A DNA stretch of 64,000 bases from Eledone cirrhosa (lineage: Eukaryota), in NCBI GenBank assembly GCA_964016885.1, contig OZ024740.1:21018001-21082000 (forward strand), written 5' to 3'. Below the pieces are notes generated by a model. It was not told the origin of the DNA and made no database searches. It saw only the letters and a list, made by a program, of their open reading frames with translations. Position 1 is the first letter of the stretch, and each line of letters begins with the position of its first letter. Below, piece after piece: positions 41,037 to 56,226 of this stretch. The position numbers and the translations under genes were made by a program.

Positions 41037-42003
41037 ATGTACCATTCCTTCTTTCAATGTCATATTATCAGACAGTATATCTTCGACTACATTAGACAAT
41101 GTACCATTCCTTCTTTCAATGTGATATTATCAAACAGTATATCTTGGACTACATTAGACAATGTATCGTTCCTTCTTTCAATGTGATATTATCAGACAGT
41201 ATATCTTGGACTACATTAGACAATGTACCATTTCTTCTTTCAATGTGATATTATCAGACAGTATATCTTGGACTGCATTAGACAATGTACCATTCCTTCC
41301 TTCAAGGTGATATTATCAGACAGTATATCTTGAACTACACTAGACAATGAACCATTCCTTCTTTCAAGGTGATATTATCAGACAGTATATCTTGGACTAA
41401 ATTAGACAATGTACCATTCCTTCTTTCAATGTCATATTATCAGACAGTATATCTTGGACTTCACTAGACAATATACCATTCCTTCTTTCAATGTGATATT
41501 ATCAGACAGTATATCTTGGACTACATTAGACAATGTACCATTCCTTCTTTCAAGGTGATATTATCAGACAGTATATCTTGGACTACATTAGACAATGTAC
41601 CATTCCTTCTTTCAAGGTGATATTATCAGACAGTATATCTTGGACTGCATTAGACAATGTACCTTTCCTTCGTTCAAGGTGATATTATCAGACAGTATAT
41701 CTTGGACTGCATTAGACAATGTACCTTTCCTTCGTTCAATGTGATATTATCAGACAGTATATCATGGACTACATTATACAATGTACCATTCCTTCTTTCA
41801 ATGTTATATTATCAGACTGTATATCTTGGACTACATTAGACAATATACCATTCCTTCTTTCAATGTGATATTATCAGACAGTATATCTTGGACTACATTA
41901 GACAATGTACCATTCCTTCTTTCAATGTGATATTATCAGACAGTGTATCTTGGACTACATTAGACAATGTACCATTCCTTCTGTCAATGTGATATTATCA
42001 GAC

Positions 42004-42090
42004 TGTCTAATGTAGTCCAAGATATACTGTCTGATAATATCACATTGAAAGAAGCAATGGTACATTGTCTAATGTAGTCCAAGATATACT
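42004..42090 (-). repeat. 87-bp inverted segment, copy 19 (gaagcaatgg)
   Basis: Reverse-complement segment, same junctions. Confidence 0.95.
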
Positions 42091-43429
42091 ATGTACCATT
42101 CTTTCTTTCAATGTCATATTATCAGACAGTATATCTTCGACTACATTAGACAATGTACCATTCCTTCTTTCAATGTGATATTATCAAACAGTATATCTTG
42201 GACTACATTAGACAATGTATCGTTCCTTCTTTCAATGTGATATTATCAGACAGTATACCTTGGACTACATTAGACAATGTACCATTCCTTCTTTCAATGT
42301 GATATTATCAGACAGTATATCTTGGACTGCATTAGACAATGTACCTTTCCTTCGTTCAAGGTGATATTATCAGACAGTATATCTTGGACTACACTAGACA
42401 ATGTACCATTCCTTCTTTCAAGGTGATATTATCAAACAGTATATCTTGGACTAAATTAGACAATGTACCATTCCTTCTTTCAATGTCATATTATCAGACA
42501 GTATATCTTGGACTTCATTAGACAATATACCATTCCTTCTTTCAATGTGATATTATCAGACAGTATATCTTGGACTACCTTAGACAATGTACCATTCCTT
42601 CTTTCATGGTGATATTATCAGAAAGTATATCTTGGACTACATTAGACAATGTACCATTCCTTCTTTCAAGGTGATATTATCAGACAGTATATCTTGGACT
42701 ACATTAGACAATGTATCGTTCCTTCTTTTAATGTGATATTATCAGACAGTATATCTTGGACTACATTAGACAATGTACCATTCCTTCTTTCAATGTGATA
42801 TTATCAGACAGTATATCTTGGACTACATTAGACAATGTACCATTCCTTCTTTCAATGGGATATTAGCAGACAGTATATCTTGGACTACATTAGACAATAT
42901 ACCATTCCTTCTTTCAATATGATATTATCAGACAGTATATCTTGGACTACATTAGACAATGTACCATTCCTTCTTTCAATCGGATATTATCAGACAGTAT
43001 ATCTTGGACTACATTAGACAATATACCATTCCTTCTTTCAATGTGATATTATCAGACAATATATCTTGGACTACATTAGACAATGTACCATTTCTTCTTT
43101 CAATGTTATATTATCAGACAGTATATCTTGGACTACATTAGACAATGTTCCATTCCTTCTTTCAATGTGATATTATCAGACAGTATATATTGGACTACAT
43201 TAGACAATGTACCATTCCTTCTTTCAATGGGATATTATCAGACAGTATATCTTGGACTACATTAGACAATGTACCATTCCTTCTTTCAAGGTGATATTAT
43301 CAGACAGTATATCTTGGACTACATTAGACAATGTACCATTCCTTCTTTCAATGTGATATTATCAGACAGTGTATCTTGGACTCCATTAGACAATGTACCA
43401 TTCCTTCTATCAATGTGATATTATCAGAC

Positions 43430-43516
43430 TGTCTAATGTAGTCCAAGATATACTGTCTGATAATATCACATTGAAAGAAGGAATGGTACATTGTCTATTG
43501 TAGTCCAAGTTATACT
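43430..43516 (-). repeat. 87-bp inverted segment, copy 20 (caagttatact)
   Basis: Reverse-complement segment, same junctions. Confidence 0.95.
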
Positions 43517-44297
43517 ATGTACCATTCCTTCTTTCAATGTCATATTATCAGACAGTATATCTTCGACTACATTAGACAATGTACCATTCCTTCTTTCAAT
43601 GTGATATTATCAAACAGTATATCTTGGACTACATTAGACAATGTATCGTTCCTTCTTTCAATGTGATATTATCAGACAGTATATCTTGGACTACATTAGA
43701 CAATGTACCATTTCTTCTTTCAATGTGATATTATCAGACAGTATATCTTGGACTGCATTAGACAATGTACCATTCCTTCCTTCAAGGTGATATTATCAGA
43801 CAGTATATCTTGAACTACACTAGACAATGAACCATTCCTTCTTTCAAGGTGATATTATCAGACAGTATATCTTGGACTAAATTAGACAATGTACCATTCC
43901 TTCTTTCAATGTCATATTATCAGACAGTATATCTTGGACTTCACTAGACAATATACCATTCCTTCTTTCAATGTGATATTATCAGACAGTATATCTTGGA
44001 CTACATTAGACAATGTACCATTCCTTCTTTCAAGGTGATATTATCAGACAGTATATCTTGGACTACATTAGACAATGTACCATTCCTTCTTTCAAGGTGA
44101 TATTATCAGACAGTATATCTTGGACTACATTAGACAATGTACCATTCCTTATTTCAAGGTGATATTATCAGACAGTATACCTTGGACTACATTAGACAAT
44201 GTACTATTCCTTCTTTCAAGGTGATATTATCAGACAGTATATCTTGGACTACATTAGACAATGTACCATTCCTTCTTTCAATGTGATATTATCAGAC

Positions 44298-44384
44298 TGT
44301 CTAATGTAGTCCAAGATATACTGTCTGATAATATCACATTGAAAGAAGGAATGGTACATTGTCTAATGTAGTCCAAGATATACT
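44298..44384 (-). repeat. 87-bp inverted segment, copy 21 (tgtct; upstream markers absent)
   Basis: Reverse-complement segment, same junctions. Confidence 0.95.
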
Positions 44385-46405
44385 ATGTACCATTCTTTCT
44401 TTCAATGTCATATTATCAGACAGTATATCTTCGACTACATTAGACAATGTACCATTCCTTCTTTCAATGTGATATTATCAAACAGTATATCTTGGACTAC
44501 ATTAGACAATGTATCGTTCCTTCTTTCAATGTGATATTATCAGACAGTATACCTTGGACTACATTAGACAATGTACCATTCCTTCTTTCAATGTGATATT
44601 ATCAGACAGTATATCTTGGACTGCATTAGACAATGTACCTTTCCTTCGTTCAAGGTGATATTATCAGACAGTATATCTTGGACTACACTAGACAATGTAC
44701 CATTCCTTCTTTCAAGGTGATATTATCAAACAGTATATCTTGGACTAAATTAGACAATGTACCATTCCTTCTTTCAATGTCATATTATCAGACAGTATAT
44801 CTTGGACTTCATTAGACAATATACCATTCCTTCTTTCAATGTGATATTATCAGACAGTATATCTTGGACTACCTTAGACAATGTACCATTCCTTCTTTCA
44901 TGGTGATATTATCAGACAGTATATCTTGGACTACATTAGACAATGTACCATTCCTTCTTTCAAGGTGATATTATCAGACAGTATATCTTGGACTACATTA
45001 GACAATGTATCGTTCCTTCTTTTAATGTGATATTATCAGACAGTATATCTTGGACTACATTAAACAATGTACTATTCCTTCTTTCAAGGTGATATTATCA
45101 GACAGTATATCTTGGACTACATTAGACAATGTACCATTCCTTCTTTCAACGTCATATTATCAGACAGTATATCTTCGACTACGTTAGACAATGTACCATT
45201 CCTTCTTTCAATGTGATATTATCAGACAGTATATCATGGACTACATTATACAATGTACCATTCCTTCTTTCAATGTTATATTATCAGACTGTATATCCTG
45301 GACTACATTAGACAATATACCGTTCCTTCTTTCAATGTGATATTATCAGACAGTATATCTTGGACAACATTAGACAATGTACCATTCTTTCTTTCAAGGT
45401 GATATTATCATACAGTATATCTTGGACTACAATAGACAATGTACCATTCCTACTTTCAATGTGATATTATCAGACAGTATATCTTGGACTACATTAGAGA
45501 TTGTACCATTCCTTCTTTCCATGTGATATTATCAGACAGTATATCATGGACTACATTATACAATGTACCATTCCTTCTTTCAATGTTATAATATCAGACT
45601 GTATATCTTGGACTACAGTAGACAATATACCATTCCTTCTTTCAATGTGATATTATCAGACAGTATATCTTGGACTACATTAGACAATGTACCATTCCTT
45701 CTTTCAATGTGATATTATCAGACAGTATATCTTGGACTACATTAGACAATGTACCATTCCTTCTTTCAATGGGATATTATCAGACAGTATATCTTGGACT
45801 ACATTAAACAATGTACTATTCCTTCTTTCAAGGTGATATTATCAGACAGTATATCTTGGACTACATTAGACAATGTACCATTCCTTCTTTCAACGTCATA
45901 TTATCAGACAGTATATCTTCGACTACGTTAGACAATGTACCATTCCTTCTTTCAATGTGATATTATCAGACAGTATATCATGGACTACATTATACAATGT
46001 ACCATTCCTTCTTTCAATGTTATATTATCAGACTGTATATCCTGGACTACATTAGACAATATACCATTCCTTCTTTCAATGTGATATTATCAGACAGTAT
46101 ATCTTGGACTACATTAGACAATGTACCATTCCTTCTTTCAATGTGATATTATCAGACAGTATATTTTGGACTACATTAGACAATGTACCATTCCTTCTTT
46201 CAATGGGATATTATCAGACTGTATATCTTGGACTACATTAGACAATGTACTATTCCTTCTTTCAAGGTGATATTATCAGACAGTATATCTTGGACTACAT
46301 TAGGCAATGTACCATTCCTTCTTTCAATGTGATATTATCAGACAGTGTATCTTGGACTACATTAGACAATGTACCATTCCTTCTGTCAATGTGATATTAT
46401 CAGAC

Positions 46406-46492
46406 TGTCTAATGTAGTCCAAGATATACTGTCTGATAATATCACATTGAAAGAAGGAATGGTACATTGTCTAATGTAGTCCAAGATATACT
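46406..46492 (-). repeat. 87-bp inverted segment, copy 22 (tgtct)
   Basis: Reverse-complement segment, same junctions. Confidence 0.95.
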
Positions 46493-49319
46493 ATGTACCA
46501 TTCCTTCTTTCAATGTCATATTATCAGACAGTATATCTTCGACTACATTAGACAATGTACCATTCCTTCTTTCAATGTGATATTATCAAACAGTATATCT
46601 TGGACTACATTAGACAATGTATCGTTCCTTCTTTCAATGTGATATTATCAGACAGTATACCTTGGACTACATTAGACAATGTACCATTCCTTCTTTCAAT
46701 GTGATATTATCAGACAGTATATCTTGGACTGCATTAGACAATGTACCTTTCCTTCGTTCAAGGTGATATTATCAGACAGTATATCTTGGACTACACTAGA
46801 CAATGTACCATTCCTTCTTTCAAGGTGATATTATCAAACAGTATATCTTGGACTAAATTAGACAATGTACCATTCCTTCTTTCAATGTCATATTATCAAA
46901 CAGTATATCTTGGACTTCATTAGACAATATACCATTCCTTCTTTCAATGTGATATTAACAGACAGTATATCTCAGACTACCTTAGACAATGTACCATTCC
47001 TTCTTTCATGGTGATATTATCAGACAGTATATCTTGGACTACATTAGACAATGTACCATTCCTTCTTTCAAGGTGATATTATCAGACAGTATATCTTGGA
47101 CTACATTAGACAATGTATCGTTCCTTCTTTTAATGTGATATTATCAGACAGTATATCTTGGACTACATTAGACAATGTACCATTCCTTCTTTCAATGTGA
47201 TATTATCAGACAGTATATCTTGGACTACATTAGACAATGTACCATTCCTTCTTTCAATGGGATATTAGCAGACAGTATATCTTGGACTACATTAGACAAT
47301 ATACCATTCCTTCTTTCAATATGATATTATCAGACAGTATATCTTGGACTACATTAGACAATGTACCATTCCTTCTTTCAATCGGATATTATCAGACAGT
47401 ATATCTTGGACTACATTAGACAATATACCATTCCTTCTTTCAATGTGATATTATCAGACAATATATCTTGGACTACATTAGACAATGTACCATTTCTTCC
47501 TTCAATGTTATACTATCAGACAGTATATCTTGGACTACATTAGACAATGTTCCATTCCTTCTTTCAATGTGATATTATCAGACAGTATATCTTGGACTAC
47601 ATTAGACAATGTACCATTCCTTCTTTCAAGGTGATATTATCAGACAGTATATCTTGGACTACATTAGACAATGTACCATTCCTTCTTTCAATGTTATATT
47701 ATCAGACAGTATATCTTCGACTACATTAGACAATATACCATTCCTTCTTTCAATGTGATATTATCAGACAGTATATCTTGGACAACATTAGACAATGTAC
47801 CATTCTTTCTTTCAAGGTGATATTATCAGACAGTATATCTTGGACTACAATAGACAATGTACCATTCCTACTTTCAATGTGATATTATCAGACAGTATAT
47901 CTTTGACTACATTAGACAATGTACCATTCCTTCTTTCAATGTGATATTATCAGACAGTATATCATGGACTACATTATAAAATGTACCATTCCTTCTTTCA
48001 ATGTTATATTATCAGACTGTATATCTTGGACTACATTAGACAATATACCATTCCTTCTTTCAATTTGATATTATCAGACAGTATATCTTGGACTACATTA
48101 GACAATGTATCGTTCCTTCTTTCAATGTGATATTATCAGACAGTATACCTTGGACTACATTAGACAATGTACCATTCTTTCTTTCAAGGTGATATTATCA
48201 GACAGTATATCTTGGACTACATTAGACAATGTACCATTCCTTCTTTCAATGTGATATTATCGGACAGTATAACTTTGACTACATTAGACAAAGTACCATT
48301 CCTTCTTTCAATGTGATATTATCAGACAGTATATCTTGGACTACATTAGACAATGTACCATTCCTTCTTTCAAGGTGATATTATCAGACAGTATATCTTG
48401 GACTACATTAGACAATGTACCGTTCCTTCTTTCAATGTGATATTATCAGACAGTATATCTTGGACAACATTAGACAATGTACCATTCTTTCTTTCAAGGT
48501 GATATTATCAGACAGTATATCTTGGACTACAATAGACAATGTACCATTCCTACTTTCAATGTGATATTATCAGACAGTATATCTTGGACTACATTAGACA
48601 ATGTACCATTCCTTCTTTCCATGTGATATTATCAGACAGTATATCATGGAATACATTATACAATGTACCATTCCTTCTTTCAATGTTATAATATCAGACT
48701 GTATATCTTGGACTACAGTAGACAATATACCATTCCTTCTTTCAATGTGATATTATCAGACAGTATATCTTGGACTACATTAGACAATGTACCATTCCTT
48801 CTTTCAATGTGATATTATCAGACAGTATATCTTGGACTACATTAGACAATGTACCATTCCTTCTTTCAATGGGATATTATCAGACAGTATATCTTGGACT
48901 ACATTAAACAATGTACCATTCCTTCTTTCAAGGTGATATTATCAGACAGTATATCTTGGACTACATTAGTCAATGTACCATTCCTTCTTTCAACGTCATA
49001 TTATCAGACAGTATATCTTCGACTACGTTAGACAATGTACCATTCCTTCTTTCAATGTGATATTATCAGACAGTATATCATGGACTACATTATACAATGT
49101 ACCATTCCTTCTTTCAATGTTATATTATCAGACTGTATATCTTGGACTACATTAGACAATATACCATTCCTTCTTTCAATGTGATATTATCAGACAGTAT
49201 ATCTTGGACTACATTAGACAATGTACCATTCCTTCTTTCAATGTGATATTATCAGACAGTGTATCTTGGACTACATTAGACAATGTACCATTCCTTCTGT
49301 CAATGTGATATTATCAGAC

Positions 49320-49406
49320 TGTCTAATGTAGTCCAAGATATACTGTCTGATAATATCACATTGAAAGAAGCAATGGTACATTGTCTAATGTAGTCCAAGA
49401 TATACT
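49320..49406 (-). repeat. 87-bp inverted segment, copy 23 (gaagcaatgg)
   Basis: Reverse-complement segment, same junctions. Confidence 0.95.
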
Positions 49407-50745
49407 ATGTACCATTCTTTCTTTCAATGTCATATTATCAGACAGTATATCTTCGACTACATTAGACAATGTACCATTCCTTCTTTCAATGTGATATTAT
49501 CAAACAGTATATCTTGGACTACATTAGACAATGTATCGTTCCTTCTTTCAATGTGATATTATCAGACAGTATACCTTGGACTACATTAGACAATGTACCA
49601 TTCCTTCTTTCAATGTGATATTATCAGACAGTATATCTTGGACTGCATTAGACAATGTACCTTTCCTTCGTTCAAGGTGATATTATCAGACAGTATATCT
49701 TGGACTACACTAGACAATGTACCATTCCTTCTTTCAAGGTGATATTATCAAACAGTATATCTTGGACTAAATTAGACAATGTACCATTCCTTCTTTCAAT
49801 GTCATATTATCAGACAGTATATCTTGGACTTCATTAGACAATATACCATTCCTTCTTTCAATGTGATATTATCAGACAGTATATCTTGGACTACCTTAGA
49901 CAATGTACCATTCCTTCTTTCATGGTGATATTATCAGAAAGTATATCTTGGATTACATTAGACAATGTACCATTCCTTCTTTCAAGGTGATATTATCAGA
50001 CAGTATATCTTGGACTACATTAGACAATGTATCGTTCCTTCTTTTAATGTGATATTATCAGACAGTATATCTTGGACTACATTAGACAATGTACCATTCC
50101 TTCTTTCAATGTGATATTATCAGACAGTATATCTTGGACTACATTAGACAATGTACCATTCCTTCTTTCAATGGGATATTAGCAGACAGTATATCTTGGA
50201 CTACATTAGACAATATACCATTCCTTCTTTCAATATGATATTATCAGACAGTATATCTTGGACTACATTAGACAATGTACCATTCCTTCTTTCAATCGGA
50301 TATTATCAGACAGTATATCTTGGACTACATTAGACAATATACCATTCCTTCTTTCAATGTGATATTATCAGACAATATATCTTGGACTACATTAGACAAT
50401 GTACCATTTCTTCTTTCAATGTTATATTATCAGACAGTATATCTTGGACTACATTAGACAATGTTCCATTCCTTCTTTCAATGTGATATTATCAGACAGT
50501 ATATATTGGACTACATTAGACAATGTACCATTCCTTCTTTCAATGGGATATTATCAGACAGTATATCTTGGACTACATTAGACAATGTACCATTCCTTCT
50601 TTCAAGGTGATATTATCAGACAGTATATCTTGGACTACATTAGACAATGTACCATTCCTTCTTTCAATGTGATATTATCAGACAGTGTATCTTGGACTCC
50701 ATTAGACAATGTACCATTCCTTCTATCAATGTGATATTATCAGAC

Positions 50746-50832
50746 TGTCTAATGTAGTCCAAGATATACTGTCTGATAATATCACATTGAAAGAAGGAAT
50801 GGTACATTGTCTAATGTAGTCCAAGTTATACT
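50746..50832 (-). repeat. 87-bp inverted segment, copy 24 (caagttatact)
   Basis: Reverse-complement segment, same junctions. Confidence 0.95.
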
Positions 50833-51613
50833 ATGTACCATTCCTTCTTTCAATGTCATATTATCAGACAGTATATCTTCGACTACATTAGACAATGTAC
50901 CATTCCTTCTTTCAATGTGATATTATCAAACAGTATATCTTGGACTACATTAGACAATGTATCGTTCCTTCTTTCAATGTGATATTATCAGACAGTATAT
51001 CTTGGACTACATTAGACAATGTACCATTTCTTCTTTCAATGTGATATTATCAGACAGTATATCTTGGACTGCATTAGACAATGTACCATTCCTTCCTTCA
51101 AGGTGATATTATCAGACAGTATATCTTGAACTACACTAGACAATGAACCATTCCTTCTTTCAAGGTGATATTATCAGACAGTATATCTTGGACTAAATTA
51201 GACAATGTACCATTCCTTCTTTCAATGTCATATTATCAGACAGTATATCTTGGACTTCATTAGACAATATACCATTCCTTCTTTCAATGTGATATTATCA
51301 GACAGTATATCTTGGACTACATTAGACAATGTACCATTCCTTCTTTCAAGGTGATATTATCAGACAGTATATCTTGGACTACATTAGACAATGTACCATT
51401 CCTTCTTTCAAGGTGATATTATCAGACAGTATATCTTGGACTACATTAGACAATGTACCATTCCTTATTTCAAGGTGATATTATCAGACAGTATACCTTG
51501 GACTACATTAGACAATGTACTATTCCTTCTTTCAAGGTGATATTATCAGACAGTATATCTTGGACTACATTAGACAATGTACCATTCCTTCTTTCAATGT
51601 GATATTATCAGAC

Positions 51614-51700
51614 TGTCTAATGTAGTCCAAGATATACTGTCTGATAATATCACATTGAAAGAAGGAATGGTACATTGTCTAATGTAGTCCAAGATATACT
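51614..51700 (-). repeat. 87-bp inverted segment, copy 25 (tgtct; upstream markers absent)
   Basis: Reverse-complement segment, same junctions. Confidence 0.95.
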
Positions 51701-52977
51701 ATGTACCATTCTTTCTTTCAATGTCATATTATCAGACAGTATATCTTCGACTACATTAGACAATGTACCATTCCTTCTTTCAATGTGATATTATCAAACA
51801 GTATATCTTGGACTACATTAGACAATGTATCGTTCCTTCTTTCAATGTGATATTATCAGACAGTATACCTTGGACTACATTAGACAATGTACCATTCCTT
51901 CTTTCAATGTGATATTATCAGACAGTATATCTTGGACTGCATTAGACAATGTACCTTTCCTTCGTTCAAGGTGATATTATCAGACAGTATATCTTGGACT
52001 ACACTAGACAATGTACCATTCCTTCTTTCAAGGTGATATTATCAAACAGTATATCTTGGACTAAATTAGACAATGTACCATTCCTTCTTTCAATGTCATA
52101 TTATCAGACAGTATATCTTGGACTTCATTAGACAATATACCATTCCTTCTTTCAATGTGATATTATCAGACAGTATATCTTGGACTACCTTAGACAATGT
52201 ACCATTCCTTCTTTCATGGTGATATTATCAGACAGTATATCTTGGACTACATTAGACAATGTACCATTCCTTCTTTCAAGGTGATATTATCAGACAGTAT
52301 ATCTTGGACTACATTAGACAATGTATCGTTCCTTCTTTTAATGTGATATTATCAGACAGTATATCTTGGACTACATTAAACAATGTACTATTCCTTCTTT
52401 CAAGGTGATATTATCAGACAGTATATCTTGGACTACATTAGACAATGTACCATTCCTTCTTTCAACGTCATATTATCAGACAGTATATCTTCGACTACGT
52501 TAGACAATGTACCATTCCTTCTTTCAATGTGATATTATCAGACAGTATATCATGGACTACATTATACAATGTACCATTCCTTCTTTCAATGTTATATTAT
52601 CAGACTGTATATCTTGGACTACATTAGACAATATACCATTCCTTCTTTCAATGTGATATTATCAGACAGTATATCTTGGACTACATTAGACAATGTACCA
52701 TTCCTTCTTTCAATGTGATATTATCAGACAGTATATTTTGGACTACATTAGACAATGTACCATTCCTTCTTTCAATGGGATATTATCAGACTGTATATCT
52801 TGGACTACATTAGACAATGTACTATTCCTTCTTTCAAGGTGATATTATCAGACAGTATATCTTGGACTACATTAGGCAATGTACCATTCCTTCTTTCAAT
52901 GTGATATTATCAGACAGTGTATCTTGGACTACATTAGACAATGTACCATTCCTTCTGTCAATGTGATATTATCAGAC

Positions 52978-53064
52978 TGTCTAATGTAGTCCAAGATATA
53001 CTGTCTGATAATATCACATTGAAAGAAGGAATGGTACATTGTCTAATGTAGTCCAAGATATACT
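52978..53064 (-). repeat. 87-bp inverted segment, copy 26 (tgtct)
   Basis: Reverse-complement segment, same junctions. Confidence 0.95.
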
Positions 53065-56000
53065 ATGTACCATTCCTTCTTTCAATGTCATATTATCAGA
53101 CAGTATATCTTCGACTACATTAGACAATGTACCATTCCTTCTTTCAATATGATATTATCAAACAGTATATCTTGGACTACATTAGACAATGTATCGTTCC
53201 TTCTTTCAATGTGATATTATCAGACAGTATACCTTGGACTACATTAGACAATGTACCATTCCTTCTTTCAATGTGATATTATCAGACAGTATATCTTGGA
53301 CTGCATTAGACAATGTACCTTTCCTTCGTTCAAGGTGATATTATCAGACAGTATATCTTGGACTACACTAGACAATGTACCATTCCTTCTTTCAAGGTGA
53401 TATTATCAAACAGTATATCTTGGACTAAATTAGACAATGTACCATTCCTTCTTTCAATGTCATATTATCAAACAGTATATCTTGGACTTCATTAGACAAT
53501 ATACCATTCCTTCTTTCAATGTGATATTAACAGACAGTATATCTCAGACTACCTTAGACAATGTACCATTCCTTCTTTCATGGTGATATTATCAGACAGT
53601 ATATCTTGGACTACATTAGACAATGTACCATTCCTTCTTTCAAGGTGATATTATCAGACAGTATATCTTGGACTACATTAGACAATGTATCGTTCCTTCT
53701 TTTAATGTGATATTATCAGACAGTATATCTTGGACTACATTAGACAATGTACCATTCCTTCTTTCAATGTGATATTATCAGACAGTATATCTTGGACTAC
53801 ATTAGACAATGTACCATTCCTTCTTTCAATGGGATATTAGCAGACAGTATATCTTGGACTACATTAGACAATATACCATTCCTTCTTTCAATATGATATT
53901 ATCAGACAGTATATCTTGGACTACATTAGACAATGTACCATTCCTTCTTTCAATCGGATATTATCAGACAGTATATCTTGGACTACATTAGACAATATAC
54001 CATTCCTTCTTTCAATGTGATATTATCAGACAATATATCTTGGACTACATTAGACAATGTACCATTTCTTCCTTCAATGTTATACTATCAGACAGTATAT
54101 CTTGGACTACATTAGACAATGTTCCATTCCTTCTTTCAATGTGATATTATCAGACAGTATATCTTGGACTACATTAGACAATGTACCATTCCTTCTTTCA
54201 AGGTGATATTATCAGACAGTATATCTTGGACTACATTAGACAATGTACCATTCCTTCTTTCAAGGTGATATTATCAGACAGTATATCTTGGACTACATTA
54301 GACAATGTACCATTCCTTCTTTCAATGTTATATTATCAGACAGTATATCTTCGACTACATTAGACAATATACCATTCCTTCTTTCAATGTGATATTATCA
54401 GACAGTATATCTTGGACAACATTAGACAATGTACCATTCTTTCTTTCAAGGTGATATTATCAGACAGTATATCTTGGACTACAATAGACAATGTACCATT
54501 CCTACTTTCAATGTGATATTATCAGACAGTATATCTTTGACTACATTAGACAATGTACCATTCCTTCTTTCAATGTGATATTATCAGACAGTATATCATG
54601 GACTACATTATAAAATGTACCATTCCTTCTTTCAATGTTATATTATCAGACTGTATATCTTGGACTACATTAGACAATATACCATTCCTTCTTTCAATTT
54701 GATATTATCAGACAGTATATCTTGGACTACATTAGACAATGTATCGTTCCTTCTTTCAATGTGATATTATCAGACAGTATACCTTGGACTACATTAGACA
54801 ATGTACCATTCTTTCTTTCAAGGTGATATTATCAGACAGTATATCTTGGACTACATTAGACAATGTACCATTCCTTCTTTCAATGTGATATTATCGGACA
54901 GTATAACTTTGACTACATTAGACAAAGTACCATTCCTTCTTTCAATGTGATATTATCAGACAGTATATCTTGGACTACATTAGACAATGTACCATTCCTT
55001 CTTTCAAGGTGATATTATCAGACAGTATATCTTGGACTACATTAGACAATGTACCGTTCCTTCTTTCAATGTGATATTATCAGACAGTATATCTTGGACA
55101 ACATTAGACAATGTACCATTCTTTCTTTCAAGGTGATATTATCAGACAGTATATCTTGGACTACAATAGACAATGTACCATTCCTACTTTCAATGTGATA
55201 TTATCAGACAGTATATCTTGGACTACATTAGACAATGTACCATTCCTTCTTTCCATGTGATATTATCAGACAGTATATCATGGACTACATTATACAATGT
55301 ACCATTCCTTCTTTCAATGTTATAATATCAGACTGTATATCTTGGACTACAGTAGACAATATACCATTCCTTCTTTCAATGTGATATTATCAGACAGTAT
55401 ATCTTGGACTACATTAGACAATGTACCATTCCTTCTTTCAATGTGATATTATCAGACAGTATATCTTGGACTACATTAGACAATGTACCATTCCTTCTTT
55501 CAATGGGATATTATCAGACAGTATATCTTGGACTACATTAAACAATGTACCATTCCTTCTTTCAAGGTGATATTATCAGACAGTATATCTTGGACTACAT
55601 TAGTCAATGTACCATTCCTTCTTTCAACGTCATATTATCAGACAGTATATCTTCGACTACGTTAGACAATGTACCATTCCTTCTTTCAATGTGATATTAT
55701 CAGACAGTATATCATGGACTACATTATACAATGTACCATTCCTTCTTTCAATGTTATATTATCAGACTGTATATCTTGGACTACATTAGACAATATACCA
55801 TTCCTTCTTTCAATGTGATATTATCAGACAGTATATCTTGGACTACATTAGACAATGTACCATTCCTTCTTTCAATGTGATATTATCAGACAGTATATTT
55901 TGGACTACATTAGACAATGTACCATTCCTTCTTTCAATGGGATATTATCAGACAGTATATCTTGGACTACATTAGACAATGTACTATTCCTTCTTTCAAG

Positions 56001-56139
56001 GTGATATTATCAGACAGTATATCTTGGACTACATTAGACAATGTACCATTCCTTCTTTCAATGTGATATTATCAGACAGTGTATCTTGGACTACATTAGA
56101 CAATGTACCATTCCTTCTGTCAATGTGATATTATCAGAC

Positions 56140-56226
56140 TGTCTAATGTAGTCCAAGATATACTGTCTGATAATATCACATTGAAAGAAGCAATGGTACA
56201 TTGTCTAATGTAGTCCAAGATATACT
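56140..56226 (-). repeat. 87-bp inverted segment, copy 27 (gaagcaatgg)
   Basis: Reverse-complement segment, same junctions. Confidence 0.95.

Larger units (their letters stand above)
35450..41640 (+). repeat. ~6.2-kb block recurring at +9858/+9796 (~45310-51440, one monomer lost near 47600) and partly at +16430 (~52400-55900)
   Basis: ORFs at 35891/45749, 36883/46741/53313, 37503/47361/53933, 39053/48849/55483 and 40603/50399. Rare variant ctcagactacctt at ~37113, ~46971 and ~53543. Confidence 0.82.
39260..44120 (+). repeat. Near-tandem duplication at offset 2480 bp (40 monomers)
   Basis: ORFs at 39859/42339, 40355/42835 and 40603/43083. SNPs I saw only in this pair: gtctattgtag (~41013/43493) and ttcactag (~41460/43940). 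Confidence 0.85.
49200..52350 (+). repeat. Block recurring at +6820 bp (110 monomers), ~56020-59170, with a compensating one-monomer loss and gain
   Basis: Inversions at 49320/56140, 50746/57566 and 51614/58434. ORFs at 50399/57219 and 51949/58769. Confidence 0.78.
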